This document shows positions 1 through 9,291 of a stretch of 59,206 nt of DNA, one piece after another. The stretch is from NCBI GenBank assembly GCA_024404505.1, contig JAKSPU010000004.1, positions 1 through 59,206 on the forward strand, given 5' to 3'. The DNA comes from Clostridia bacterium. GTDB taxonomy: Bacteria; Bacillota; Clostridia; Oscillospirales; CAG-272. Below the pieces are notes generated by a model, which saw only the letters and a program-made list of their open reading frames with translations, was not told the DNA's origin and did not search any database. Each line of letters opens with the position of its first letter. Positions within the stretch are counted from its first letter, which is position 1. Position numbers and translations under genes: made by a program.

Positions 1-108
1 TTTATGCAAGCATATGTGCCGTCAAGGCGTCAGCCGTGCATTGTGCGGTGATGCCAATAGTCTCCCGAGCCTGATGCGTTTTTCTTTGACCGATTTTTCA
101 TTTTTGAC

Positions 109-137
109 TTGCAAAGACGCGGCAGTTATGGTATACT
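109..137 (+). promoter_or_regulatory. Putative sigma70/SigA promoter for the GHL10 gene
   Basis: TTGCAA (109-114), 17 bp, TATACT (132-137) with TGn extended -10. Confidence 0.55.
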
Positions 138-195
138 GTGTATATCATTCCATCGTGGGGTCACTATACCGCCCGATACGAAAGGGGTCCCGCCT

Positions 196-1680
196 ATGAG
201 ACAATCTTTATTTCTCCGGCTGCTTCTCCTGTCCCTGATCCTCTGCGCGTTCCTGCTGACCGCCTGCTCGGACAGCCCGGACGAAGCACAGACCGACACC
301 GGCACGGGACAGCCCGAACAATCCGAAACCGTGGAGGAAACCGACATGACTGACACAGACACCATTCCCGCGACCGAGCCTGTCACGGAGCCTGTGACGG
401 AGGCTCCCACCGAGTCACCGACGGAAGCGCCCACCGAAGCCCCGACAGAGCCGGAGACCGATCCCGTGCGCGAGCCGCTCGAGTTGGCTCTTGACTTTGA
501 GCCCTTCGTTCCCGACAGCCCTGCCGAGCTGCACGACGTCAAGGCCATGTGGCTGTCACAGTTCGATATGAACAATCTGTACGTCAACGGAGGGAAGCAG
601 CGCGACGAGGCATCCTTCCGTAAGCTGCTGGATACGCTGCTCCAGAACGTCTACGACAGCGGCTTCAACACTCTGTTCGTGCAGGTGCGTCCCAACGCGG
701 ACAGCATCTATCCGTCCGAGATCTATCCGCCGAGCGTATACGCGGTCGGGAAATACGGCAATGATTTCGAGTACGATCCCTTTGCCATCATCGTGGAGGC
801 AGCGCGCAGCTACGGCTTCTCCATCCACGCGTGGATCAACCCCATGAGAGGCGTCACGCCTGCCGAGATGAAACTGATCCCCGAGGGCTACGATATCCGT
901 GCATGGTATGAGGACGACGATCTGCGCGGACGGTATCTGGTCGAGTACGGCGGACGCATCTACCTCAATCCGGCTTATGCAGAGGTCCGCGACATGATCG
1001 TGTACGGCGCGCGTGAGATTTTGCAGAAGTACGATGTGGACGGCGTCCACATGGATGATTACTTCTATCCGAGCGAGGCTGCCGCGTCCTTCGACGCCGA
1101 CGCTTACGCTGCCTACAAGGCAGAAGGCGGACGCGCCTCACTGCAGAATTGGCGGAGGCTGAATCTGTCCGCGCTGGTTTCCTCGCTTTACCGCATGACC
1201 AAGCGCGAGGGCAAGGATCTCCTCTTCGGCATCAGCCCGGCCGGGGTCCTGAATACCGTACAGAACAAGCAGTACGCCGACGTGACCCGCTGGTGCAAGG
1301 AGCCCGGCTTCATCGATTACATACTTCCGCAGGATTACTTCGGCTTTGAGCACGCGACCGTGCCGTTCGACGAGGTATGTCACACATGGGAGGACCTGAT
1401 CGAGACAGACTATGTGACGCTGCTCATCGGCATGAGCTTCGGCAAGGCGCTCTCAAAGACCGACCAATACGCCGGGTCCGGCAAGAACGAGTGGGCTCAG
1501 CACAACGACATCATGGTCCGCTCGCTGCAGTATACCTGCACGCTGGAAAAATGCCGCGGCATAAGCGTCTTCTGCTACCAATACTACTATGATCCCGTAA
1601 GCGGCAAGCCCGTTGCCGGCACGCAGACCGAACGCGACAAGTTCACGCCCGAGCTTATCGCCGCGTCTTGGGAGAACTGA
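196..1680 (+). CDS. Lipoprotein, family-10-like glycosyl hydrolase (GHL10/DUF187, YddW-like)
   Basis: Lipobox LLTAC; T/E/P linker; motifs GFNTLFVQVRP, HAWINP, DGVHMDDYFYP, FGISPAG, IDYILPQDY; start moved to ATG 196 after AAAGGGG. Confidence 0.85.
   Translation: MRQSLFLRLLLLSLILCAFLLTACSDSPDEAQTDTGTGQPEQSETVEETDMTDTDTIPATEPVTEPVTEAPTESPTEAPTEAPTEPETDPVREPLELALDFEPFVPDSPAELHDVKAMWLSQFDMNNLYVNGGKQRDEASFRKLLDTLLQNVYDSGFNTLFVQVRPNADSIYPSEIYPPSVYAVGKYGNDFEYDPFAIIVEAARSYGFSIHAWINPMRGVTPAEMKLIPEGYDIRAWYEDDDLRGRYLVEYGGRIYLNPAYAEVRDMIVYGAREILQKYDVDGVHMDDYFYPSEAAASFDADAYAAYKAEGGRASLQNWRRLNLSALVSSLYRMTKREGKDLLFGISPAGVLNTVQNKQYADVTRWCKEPGFIDYILPQDYFGFEHATVPFDEVCHTWEDLIETDYVTLLIGMSFGKALSKTDQYAGSGKNEWAQHNDIMVRSLQYTCTLEKCRGISVFCYQYYYDPVSGKPVAGTQTERDKFTPELIAASWEN
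370..462 (+). repeat. Coding 12-bp-period tandem repeat (TEPV/TEAP/TESP linker)
   Basis: ATEPVTEPVTEAPTESPTEAPTEAPTEPETD in the translation. Confidence 0.7.
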
Positions 1681-1711
1681 TTCCCGATCAATTTTTACGA
1701 GGTGACGCCCC

Positions 1712-2443
1712 ATGTCCCGATCAACCCCTCAGACCGTCCGGTCACTTTCACACGAGCTGAAGCGTCAGAAAAAGCAGAACGAACGTCTCCGAAAGGAGAA
1801 CGAAGAACTGCGGAAACGTCTCGACAAGAAGGAAAACGACTCTCTTGAGCGTTCCTCGATCCAGGCCGAGGACGTCGACCGCCGGATAAAGCTATACCGT
1901 CAGCAGTCGTTCTTCCGGTACTTCTCTACCCTGTTCAATACATCCCCCGCCTACCGGCTGATCAACCGCTCCGTGAACGTGTTCAAAAAGTTCAAGCTTG
2001 TGCGTACCATTATCTCCATCATTGCCCTGATCCTCGCGTCCACCGTGCTGCTGACGCTGATTCTGACTATTCTTCCCTTCCTCATTGCGTTCCTCCTTCT
2101 TGTGGTACTTCTGACCGTGCTGTCTATCCGGCGCATGAACAAGCTGATGAAGCAGCGGCTGATCGGCAAGCGGATAGTCATCCTGATCCCGCCGCCGGAC
2201 TGCACCTTCCGGGCGGACAGCTTTTTCGTCGGCAGCACGCGGGAGCTGGCGGACCGGGAGGATACGGCCGTTCTGGTGGTCTCCCCGTACCATCTGCTCA
2301 CGCGGGGCATATCGGGCAAAGGCCCGTATCTGACCGCGCGGAAGGAAGGATACGATCTTTACATGGTGCGTCCCGTGTACTTCTTCATGCTCCGCAAGTT
2401 CGTCATCGATAAATCCGATGCCGACGTGACGCTCATTTTCTGA
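1712..2443 (+). CDS. Hypothetical membrane protein with N-terminal coiled coil
   Basis: GAGGTG RBS; K/E-rich heptad N-terminus; long hydrophobic stretch (about 2 TM). Confidence 0.75.
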   Translation: MSRSTPQTVRSLSHELKRQKKQNERLRKENEELRKRLDKKENDSLERSSIQAEDVDRRIKLYRQQSFFRYFSTLFNTSPAYRLINRSVNVFKKFKLVRTIISIIALILASTVLLTLILTILPFLIAFLLLVVLLTVLSIRRMNKLMKQRLIGKRIVILIPPPDCTFRADSFFVGSTRELADREDTAVLVVSPYHLLTRGISGKGPYLTARKEGYDLYMVRPVYFFMLRKFVIDKSDADVTLIF

Positions 2444-2451
2444 TCATCTTC

Positions 2452-2480
2452 TTGACAAATGTCATTTCCCGATGTATAAT
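2452..2480 (+). promoter_or_regulatory. Consensus sigma70/SigA promoter
   Basis: TTGACA, 17 bp, TATAAT. Confidence 0.8.
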
Positions 2481-2534
2481 AACGTTACCGGAACGTCTGA
2501 TCCTCCGGATTTCTGAAAGGAGACACCTCTGCCT

Positions 2535-2831
2535 ATGAATACGACACTTACCATCGTATACCTCATTCTGCTCGGGGCCATGAGCTTTATCACGTTCACC
2601 GTATTTGCCATTGACAAGAAAAGCTCTCACAATGAATCCAACGGCCGTATCCCCGAGATCGTGCTGCTGTCCCTCACCTCCTTCGGCGGGTCGATCGGCG
2701 CTATGCTCGGTATGTACGTCCTGCGCCACAAGACCAATTTCAAAACCAAGTATCATTTCGCTCTGACTGCGTGGATCTCCCTGATCGTTCAGATCGGTCT
2801 CGCCGTCCTGATGCTGCTCAATCTTGCTTAA
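2535..2831 (+). CDS. DUF1294 family small membrane protein
   Basis: FAIDKK..RIPE..L...GGSIGAMLGMYVLRHKT signature; AAGGAG RBS. Confidence 0.85.
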   Translation: MNTTLTIVYLILLGAMSFITFTVFAIDKKSSHNESNGRIPEIVLLSLTSFGGSIGAMLGMYVLRHKTNFKTKYHFALTAWISLIVQIGLAVLMLLNLA

Positions 2832-2843
2832 GGAGGTTACGAC

Positions 2844-3092
2844 ATGGCACGCTCTAATGAATTCACCCACGGCGGCAGCAACTCCAAGAATATGGGACTT
2901 TTGCTGCGCGCGCTCGCAAACATCATCGCCTTCGCTCTCATGTGGTTCGGCCTCCTGTTCTGGGTCGGCGGCTGCACGCTGATCTCCCTCCCCGCGGCCA
3001 TTCCCGTCGTTCTGACGATCGTCGGTGCCGCGCTGACCGTACTGCTGCTCATCGCCAACCTGTTCGGCCCGTTCGCGCATAGAGTCAAGTAA
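2844..3092 (+). CDS. Small hypothetical membrane protein (2 TM)
   Basis: AAGGAGG RBS, hydrophobic 82 aa, directly behind the DUF1294 gene. Confidence 0.7.
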   Translation: MARSNEFTHGGSNSKNMGLLLRALANIIAFALMWFGLLFWVGGCTLISLPAAIPVVLTIVGAALTVLLLIANLFGPFAHRVK

Positions 3093-3114
3093 ACAGTAAG
3101 CATATCCGACAAAA

Positions 3115-3295
3115 GGGGCTGTCTCACTTACGTGATCCAGCCCCGCAAATCCGGCTCGGCGGATGAAATCCGCCGTTTTGGCCTTGTAGAAACATTGAAT
3201 TTCAATGTTAATTAGCCAAAACCGCCGGAGTTTGCTCGAAAATGGCGGCACCCGACCGCCATTTTCGAGGGGCTGTCGCTTAATGCGACAGCCCC
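3115..3295. repeat. Structured ~180-bp MITE-like element / bidirectional terminator region
   Basis: Ends GGGGCTGTCTCA / TGCGACAGCCCC (11/12 inverted match); several internal hairpins; lies between convergent genes. Confidence 0.5.
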
Positions 3296-3302
3296 GCTTT
3301 TT

Positions 3303-4964
3303 TCAGTTTCCTTCGTCCTTGGATTTCTTTTCAAGCCATTCGTAATGGTCACGGCCGATCAATTCGTCTATATAGAAGTTGGACCTCATCTCGATCTGCC
3401 TGTTCATATAGTCGATGCCGTATATCTCCGCCAGCGTATGGCAGTCGGAGAACAGATTGACACCGAGGCCGAGGCGGTCGCCGGTGATCTCGTATCCCAT
3501 GGCGGCCAAAATGGTCGGATAGAAATCGAACGACGTGAAATCGCGGCGCTTGTTATCCTCCGTTGTGACGACGGAATTGATGATCAGGTTATAGCGGGCG
3601 CGCTCCTTCTGCAGCTTGCCGCTCATTCCCTTTGCTTTCAGGATATCCTTCATGTTGACGTGGTCACCGACGATGACGATCGTCGTGTCCTCGTAGAAGG
3701 GCTGCTGCTTGACCCAGCTGATCAGATCGCCTATGTCGCGCGAGGTGGTCGCGTATACGTTCTCGAAGAACTCGGGATGACTTCTCACGCTGCCCTTGCA
3801 GCCGTACTCGGGATCCGCCTCATACAGGTACCCGTTGAAGTGCGTGTCGATCGTACTGATGAACAGGTGCCACGGACCGTCACCCTCCTCGTCGAGCCGG
3901 GTCATGATCTCCTTTGCGAAGAGGCACGATACCTCATCCGAGAAGCCCCACTCGTTGACCTGCGACTGCGGCACGACCAGACCAAAGTCGTCAACGCTGT
4001 TGACGTCGACGATCTCATACGAGCCGTGGCGCGTGAAATACTGCTTGACACCGCCGAAGCTGGTCCTGCAGCCATCGATCAGCACGTTGCGGTAGCCGTC
4101 GTTCTTGAGGATGTCGCCGAGCGTATACGCTCCGCGCATGAAGTTGTCTTCCTTATAAGCGTTGTTCTGTTCCGCCGGGACCTTGAACGGCACGCCGCTC
4201 GTGTTGGCAATGATCGACGCGGTCGTCCACGTCGTTCCGAAGCCGTTCAGCATACCTCTTGTTTCTCTGTCGCTCGCAAAGAAGATCGCGTCCTCGTCAA
4301 AGAGCAGCTCGTACATCTCGGGAATGACTTCGTGATCCCAGATGCCGCCCTGATCCTCGGTAAACATGGTCGTCTCCAGCGACTCGACCTCGATCAAAAG
4401 CAGATTACGCTTCTTCTCCGGAGTCTTCAGCTCGACGTCCTGCGGGCGGACGTACTCGGATTCGATGAAATCAGAGGTGTTGGTCTGCGTATAAATGTAA
4501 GAGAACACGCCGGCCAGCCATAAGCCGACCACGACGAGCAGCACGCATACGATCGCCGTGAACAGCTTGCGGCGGCGGATCGGATATACCTGAACGCCAG
4601 CGGACTTTTCCGTTTTTCCGATGACAAGCTTCTTGTGGAAGAAATCGTACTGCAGAAGGATCACGACCGCCGTCACCAGCAGCATGATCTGAACGGGATA
4701 CTCGAATATTTCAAGCAGGATCGTTTCGCCGGGCTGGGTCCCGCCGTTCAGACCGTAAAAGACTACCTGCTCGAACAGCTGGTCCGGATATTCTGTCCGA
4801 TAGTAGATGCCGAGGGCGAATACCATCGCGCATACTGATACGAGAATGATGTGCAGGATAAAGAGAGTCTTCTGCTTTTTGGTCCTGAGGATGCCCTCCG
4901 GCGCTTGATTCTCCGCGCCTCCCTGCTTTTTCTCAAGGCTTTTCTTTTTACTGTTTTTGCTCAT
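3303..4964 (-). CDS. LTA synthase / phosphoglycerol transferase (MdoB/OpgB-like) sulfatase-fold membrane protein
   Basis: About 3 N-terminal TM segments; EVESLE, TTWT (Thr nucleophile), TIDTH, VGDH, DFYPTILAAMG, LGLGVNLF. Confidence 0.8.
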   Translation of the reverse strand: MSKNSKKKSLEKKQGGAENQAPEGILRTKKQKTLFILHIILVSVCAMVFALGIYYRTEYPDQLFEQVVFYGLNGGTQPGETILLEIFEYPVQIMLLVTAVVILLQYDFFHKKLVIGKTEKSAGVQVYPIRRRKLFTAIVCVLLVVVGLWLAGVFSYIYTQTNTSDFIESEYVRPQDVELKTPEKKRNLLLIEVESLETTMFTEDQGGIWDHEVIPEMYELLFDEDAIFFASDRETRGMLNGFGTTWTTASIIANTSGVPFKVPAEQNNAYKEDNFMRGAYTLGDILKNDGYRNVLIDGCRTSFGGVKQYFTRHGSYEIVDVNSVDDFGLVVPQSQVNEWGFSDEVSCLFAKEIMTRLDEEGDGPWHLFISTIDTHFNGYLYEADPEYGCKGSVRSHPEFFENVYATTSRDIGDLISWVKQQPFYEDTTIVIVGDHVNMKDILKAKGMSGKLQKERARYNLIINSVVTTEDNKRRDFTSFDFYPTILAAMGYEITGDRLGLGVNLFSDCHTLAEIYGIDYMNRQIEMRSNFYIDELIGRDHYEWLEKKSKDEGN

Positions 4965-5156
4965 TGTTTGAATTCTCCTTGCATGAAGGATCCTTTTTGC
5001 CTTTTCGCAAAAAGTTTTATCTCTGCGGACGAAATACCGTTCCGGGGCTTGATTTTTGCATGATATTTTATTATACTATAATGTGGATGCGAAAACAAGT
5101 CGTAATTGTGAATTTACACTTAATTATACTTAATGTTTACGGAGGTGTGTGAGCTG

Positions 5157-7091
5157 ATGAAATTTACGAAAGATCTTACAGGAGATCAGAAACGTACTCT
5201 GATCCGAATCCTCATCGCGGCGTGCGCTCTGATCGCGCTCCATTTCATACCTGTCTCCGGCTGGCCTCGAATTTTGCTGTACGCAGCCGCTTACGCACTC
5301 ATCGGATACGATATCGTATGGGAGGCTGTTCACGGGATATTGCACGGTGAAGTCCTTGACGAGTGCTTCCTGATGACCGCCGCCACGCTCGGCGCTTTCG
5401 TACTCGCCGTATACGACGGCAGCTTTGACGGCACCGAGGCTGTGGCCGTCATGCTGTTCTACCAGATCGGCGAGCTGTTTCAGGACGTTGCCGTCGAACG
5501 CAGCCGCAGCAGTATCACGGAGCTGATGGATATCCGTCCAGATACAGCCGTGCTGGAAACCGATTCAGGCACGACGACCGTCGACGCTGCGTCCGTGGCC
5601 GTCGGATCCGTCATTCTTGTGTCACCCGGTGAGCGCATCCCCCTCGACGGATACGTGCTGGAGGGGGAATCGTCGCTGGACACCTCCGCGTTGACCGGTG
5701 AAAGCAGGCCACGCAGGGTATCCGCGGGCAGCGAGGTGCTCAGCGGCTGCGTGAATCAGACCGGCCTTCTCCGCATCCTGACTACCAAAGCCTTCGGTGA
5801 ATCCACAGCGTCCCGCGTCCTTGACCTGATCGAGAACGCAAGTGCCCGCAAATCCGGATCTGAAGCGTTCATTTCACGCTTCGCGCGGATCTATACCCCC
5901 GTCGTTTGTGCGTGTGCGCTCGCGCTGGCGCTTCTTCCTCCGCTCGCGGGTCTCCTGATCCCCGGGGTCACGGCTGACTTCCCGATGTGGATCTACCGGG
6001 CGCTGACCTTTCTCGTCATCAGCTGTCCCTGTGCGCTCGTGGTCAGCATCCCGCTCACGTTCTTTGCCTGCCTCGGCGGTGCGGGTCACGCCGGTATCCT
6101 GATCAAGGGCTCCAACCTGCTCGAAGCGCTTTCAAAGGCCGATACCGTTCTGTTTGACAAAACAGGTACCTTGACCCGGGGGCGGTTCACGGTCACAGGG
6201 TTTATAGATCCGTCCGTTGATACGAACGAGCTGCTCGAGCTGGCCGCACACGCCGAGTGTGCTTCCCTGCATCCCATCGCCGCGGCGCTGCGCGAAGCGT
6301 ACGTCGGAGACATCGACCGCACGCGCGTGTCCGACGTCCGGGAGATCGGCGGTTACGGTGTGACGGCTGTCGTTGACGGCAAGTCCGTTGCCGTCGGCAG
6401 TGAGCGCCTTTTGAGCAGCGTCGGCACAGCCGTCCCGAAAACGTCCGGGGCAGACGACGAGGACGACAAAGGCCACACGGTCGTGCATATCGCTGTCAAC
6501 GGTTTCTATTCCGGGTCCGTCGTGATCTCCGACGGTGTGAAAGACAACGCGCGCTCCGCGGTCGAGGGTCTTCGGGAAAACGGCGTCAGGCGCATCATGA
6601 TGCTGACCGGAGATAACGCGTCCGCAGCGAAGCAGACCGCGGGAGCGCTCGGCATCACAGAATACCGCTCGGAGCTTCTGCCCGAGGACAAGGTCAACGA
6701 AACCGAATCGGCTATGGCCGACCCCGCGCGCCGCGGCAGTGTGATCTTCGTCGGTGACGGCATCAACGACGCACCGGTGCTGACCCGTGCCGACGTCGGG
6801 ATCGCCATGGGCGCACTCGGCACGGACGCCGCCATTGAGGCCGCCGACGTCGTTCTGATGGACGACGATCCGCTGAAGGTCGTACAGGCGATCCGTCTTT
6901 CCCGCCGGTGTATGCGTATCGTATACGAGAATATCGTATTCTCGATCTTCGTCAAGGCGGCGTGCCTTCTGCTCAGCGCCGTCGGTGTGGCCGATATGGG
7001 AGCTGCCGTGTTTGCCGACGTCGGAGTCATGGTGATATGCGTACTCAACGCCGCACGCGCTCTTCGTGTCCCAGCCGTGAAGAACGCGTGA
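5157..7091 (+). CDS. cadA: Heavy-metal translocating P1B-type ATPase (Zn/Cd/Co; CadA/ZntA-like), no N-terminal HMA domain
   Basis: TGES, SCPC, DKTGTLT, HP, TGD, GDGINDAP motifs; GGAGG RBS. Confidence 0.9.
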   Translation: MKFTKDLTGDQKRTLIRILIAACALIALHFIPVSGWPRILLYAAAYALIGYDIVWEAVHGILHGEVLDECFLMTAATLGAFVLAVYDGSFDGTEAVAVMLFYQIGELFQDVAVERSRSSITELMDIRPDTAVLETDSGTTTVDAASVAVGSVILVSPGERIPLDGYVLEGESSLDTSALTGESRPRRVSAGSEVLSGCVNQTGLLRILTTKAFGESTASRVLDLIENASARKSGSEAFISRFARIYTPVVCACALALALLPPLAGLLIPGVTADFPMWIYRALTFLVISCPCALVVSIPLTFFACLGGAGHAGILIKGSNLLEALSKADTVLFDKTGTLTRGRFTVTGFIDPSVDTNELLELAAHAECASLHPIAAALREAYVGDIDRTRVSDVREIGGYGVTAVVDGKSVAVGSERLLSSVGTAVPKTSGADDEDDKGHTVVHIAVNGFYSGSVVISDGVKDNARSAVEGLRENGVRRIMMLTGDNASAAKQTAGALGITEYRSELLPEDKVNETESAMADPARRGSVIFVGDGINDAPVLTRADVGIAMGALGTDAAIEAADVVLMDDDPLKVVQAIRLSRRCMRIVYENIVFSIFVKAACLLLSAVGVADMGAAVFADVGVMVICVLNAARALRVPAVKNA

Positions 7092-7135
7092 ATCGGAAGC
7101 AGCGATGCTTGGACGCAGGATTCCGCGCGATATAA

Positions 7136-7432
7136 CATCGCCGGATGCCCCGAGCAAGCTGCCACCCTCACCACCCTTTCCCCGCCTGGGAGGCGGGGGA
7201 AGTATTTATAAAAGCAAAGAGAAGGGCCGCCCGCGGGCGGCCCTTCTCTTTGCATCCTCATCCGCAGACTACACGACTGCGGCTCATGAAAAACGTAAAC
7301 TCAATCTTGGTCAATCGTTTTCATTAAAAGTTCTTGGGATTCTCAAGGACTTCTTTCAAGAAGTCCTTGAGCGGGGTGTGGGGCAGCGCCCCACGGACGT
7401 CCTTGGAGCGTGGGGCAGCGCCCCACACGTTC
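7136..7432. repeat. Multi-hairpin intergenic repeat family, copy 1
   Basis: Hairpins at 7178-7201, 7214-7253, 7342-7371 and doubled GTGGGGCAGCGCCCCAC; homologous to 31351, 36633, 52080 and 58977. Confidence 0.85.
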
Positions 7433-7436
7433 TTCC

Positions 7437-9269
7437 TTACTCTGCATACCCATACGAATAAGCGAGCCGTCCTATGGGAGCGCTGTCGCCGCTGACGTAG
7501 TAGTCCATTATGTCGAACTGTTCGGTGACGTTGTCGGCTGCCTTGAAGCGGATGAGGCTGCCGGGCTGCACGCCGAGGAGGGACCACGGGATCGAGAGAA
7601 ACAGGTCCTTCCCTTCGAGCTTCATTCCGGCCGTGCCGACCGTCTTCCATTCGCCGTCCTTGAGCTGCTCGATCGACGTTTTGCCGTCCGACGGGCTGCG
7701 GTTGACGATAAAATCGAAGCCTGCGAAGGACTCATCGGCACCTGTGGAAAGGAGCAGATTCATCCAGCCCGTGTCCCCTTCCTCGTATGCGGTGATTTCC
7801 TCCGCGCAGGTCACGCGGACGTACAGATTCTTCTCGTCGTGGATCACGCGGATCCCGGCGATATCGTTGCGGTCGGAATCGTCCCTGTACAGGTACGTGC
7901 CTGCGGCATCAAAGTGACGGCGGGTCATGCAGTCGCCGACAAAATCGGCATACGCGACGGCACGGTCCCACGCAGGGTCCCCGGCCCCCTTCTCGATGCG
8001 GACGGATGCTATCGGAAGCGCGTAAGCAGCCGCATCGGTGTACTTGTACCGCCGAACGTTCTCAAGCAGCTGGAGATAGTAATTGTCCCCGTATCCGCCC
8101 TTCATCATCTCGATGTCGCGGCTGTATTCGTGATTGTACACGTCAACGAACTTGTTCGGTCCGAGATGCTGCGCCTGCCACTCGTTGAAGCTGGCACAGA
8201 GAACGAGCGTTACCTTGTCATCGTTTGCGTGGACGGTATCCCACATATCCTGGAACGAACGACCGGCGGTCCAATCGTCCTCGACCCTGCCCGTCACGTT
8301 GTTGTACGCGCGGCTGGATTCCGGGTGCATGAGAGACGCGTCGATGCCCGTGTGGCTGTGCTGGGCAACGGGACAGGCGATCGCGCCGTTGTGGATGTAC
8401 TGCGGGTATTCCCAGCTCATCCACGGCAGACCGTTGTCATTGTTGTCGCCGTTCGGCCACTGCGATTCACGGATCTCGAAGTATTCCTTCATCTTCCACC
8501 CGACGAAGGAGGCCTCGCCGCCATACTTGACCATGTCCGACGCGTTGTTGTTGTCCTTGGTCGTCGCAACGATCAGCGGTTTTCCGTGCGGCTTGAACCA
8601 CAGGTCGTCCCACTCCGGATGCGCTTCGTAGTAGGCTGCGTACAGCTTGTCCACGGTCGTCGCGGAATCCGTGTTGGTGTAGAAGCTGACCTTCGGGACG
8701 TCGAAGCCCTGCTGCGAGAAGTTGGTCAGCACGGACATCAGAACGTTCACGACGTCCTCGTATATGAACTTGTTCGTCGCGTCGATGCAGAGGAAGTCGA
8801 CGCCCGCCATGGTCAGAAGCTCCATGTGGCGCGTGACGACCCACGGGTCCGTCATGCTGTAATAGCCGTACAGCGGCTCTCCCCAGAAGTAGAACTGACC
8901 GTAATCCGAAACGTCGTTCAGCTGTGCGATGCCTTCCTCTCCTTCGTCGATCAGCTCCTGAATGTTGTTGATCTGCCGGGTCAGCTCGGGATGCTGACCG
9001 AGCCAGAGCGAGTAGAAGACGCCGACGTACCGCTCACCGTCTTTCTTCGCGTCGGCAGCCTGCCAGGTACGTCCGAGCGCGTCCGAGCCGGACAGGCTCA
9101 TGACGGCGTTTTGCTGCGGCGTCAGGCCGCGCTCATCTCTTTCTCCCACGGTATATTCCTCCTTTGATCCGCAGCCTGTGAGTGCTGACAGGAGGGCTGC
9201 CGTCGTCAGAAGGACGCACAGCCCGACCGACAGGCCCCTCGGCAAACGGTGATTCCGATCTTGTTTCAT
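7437..9269 (-). CDS. Lipoprotein, GH99/GH71-like putative glycoside hydrolase
   Basis: Lipobox LTGC; YVGVFY, WGEPLYGYY..D.WV, AGVDF..D.TN, SFNEW, SRDIE. Confidence 0.7.
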   Translation of the reverse strand: MKQDRNHRLPRGLSVGLCVLLTTAALLSALTGCGSKEEYTVGERDERGLTPQQNAVMSLSGSDALGRTWQAADAKKDGERYVGVFYSLWLGQHPELTRQINNIQELIDEGEEGIAQLNDVSDYGQFYFWGEPLYGYYSMTDPWVVTRHMELLTMAGVDFLCIDATNKFIYEDVVNVLMSVLTNFSQQGFDVPKVSFYTNTDSATTVDKLYAAYYEAHPEWDDLWFKPHGKPLIVATTKDNNNASDMVKYGGEASFVGWKMKEYFEIRESQWPNGDNNDNGLPWMSWEYPQYIHNGAIACPVAQHSHTGIDASLMHPESSRAYNNVTGRVEDDWTAGRSFQDMWDTVHANDDKVTLVLCASFNEWQAQHLGPNKFVDVYNHEYSRDIEMMKGGYGDNYYLQLLENVRRYKYTDAAAYALPIASVRIEKGAGDPAWDRAVAYADFVGDCMTRRHFDAAGTYLYRDDSDRNDIAGIRVIHDEKNLYVRVTCAEEITAYEEGDTGWMNLLLSTGADESFAGFDFIVNRSPSDGKTSIEQLKDGEWKTVGTAGMKLEGKDLFLSIPWSLLGVQPGSLIRFKAADNVTEQFDIMDYYVSGDSAPIGRLAYSYGYAE

Positions 9270-9291
9270 ATCCGTCTCCCGTGTTCGATAG

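Noticed and set aside
5101-5135. AT-rich imperfect palindrome upstream of the P1B ATPase as a metal-regulator operator
   Set aside because: Symmetry too weak to assign to ArsR/SmtB, Fur/Zur or CsoR, and no such regulator is adjacent.
7136-7432. CRISPR array or tRNA reading of the repeats
   Set aside because: No regularly spaced identical repeats with unique spacers, no cas genes, no cloverleaf or T-loop consensus.
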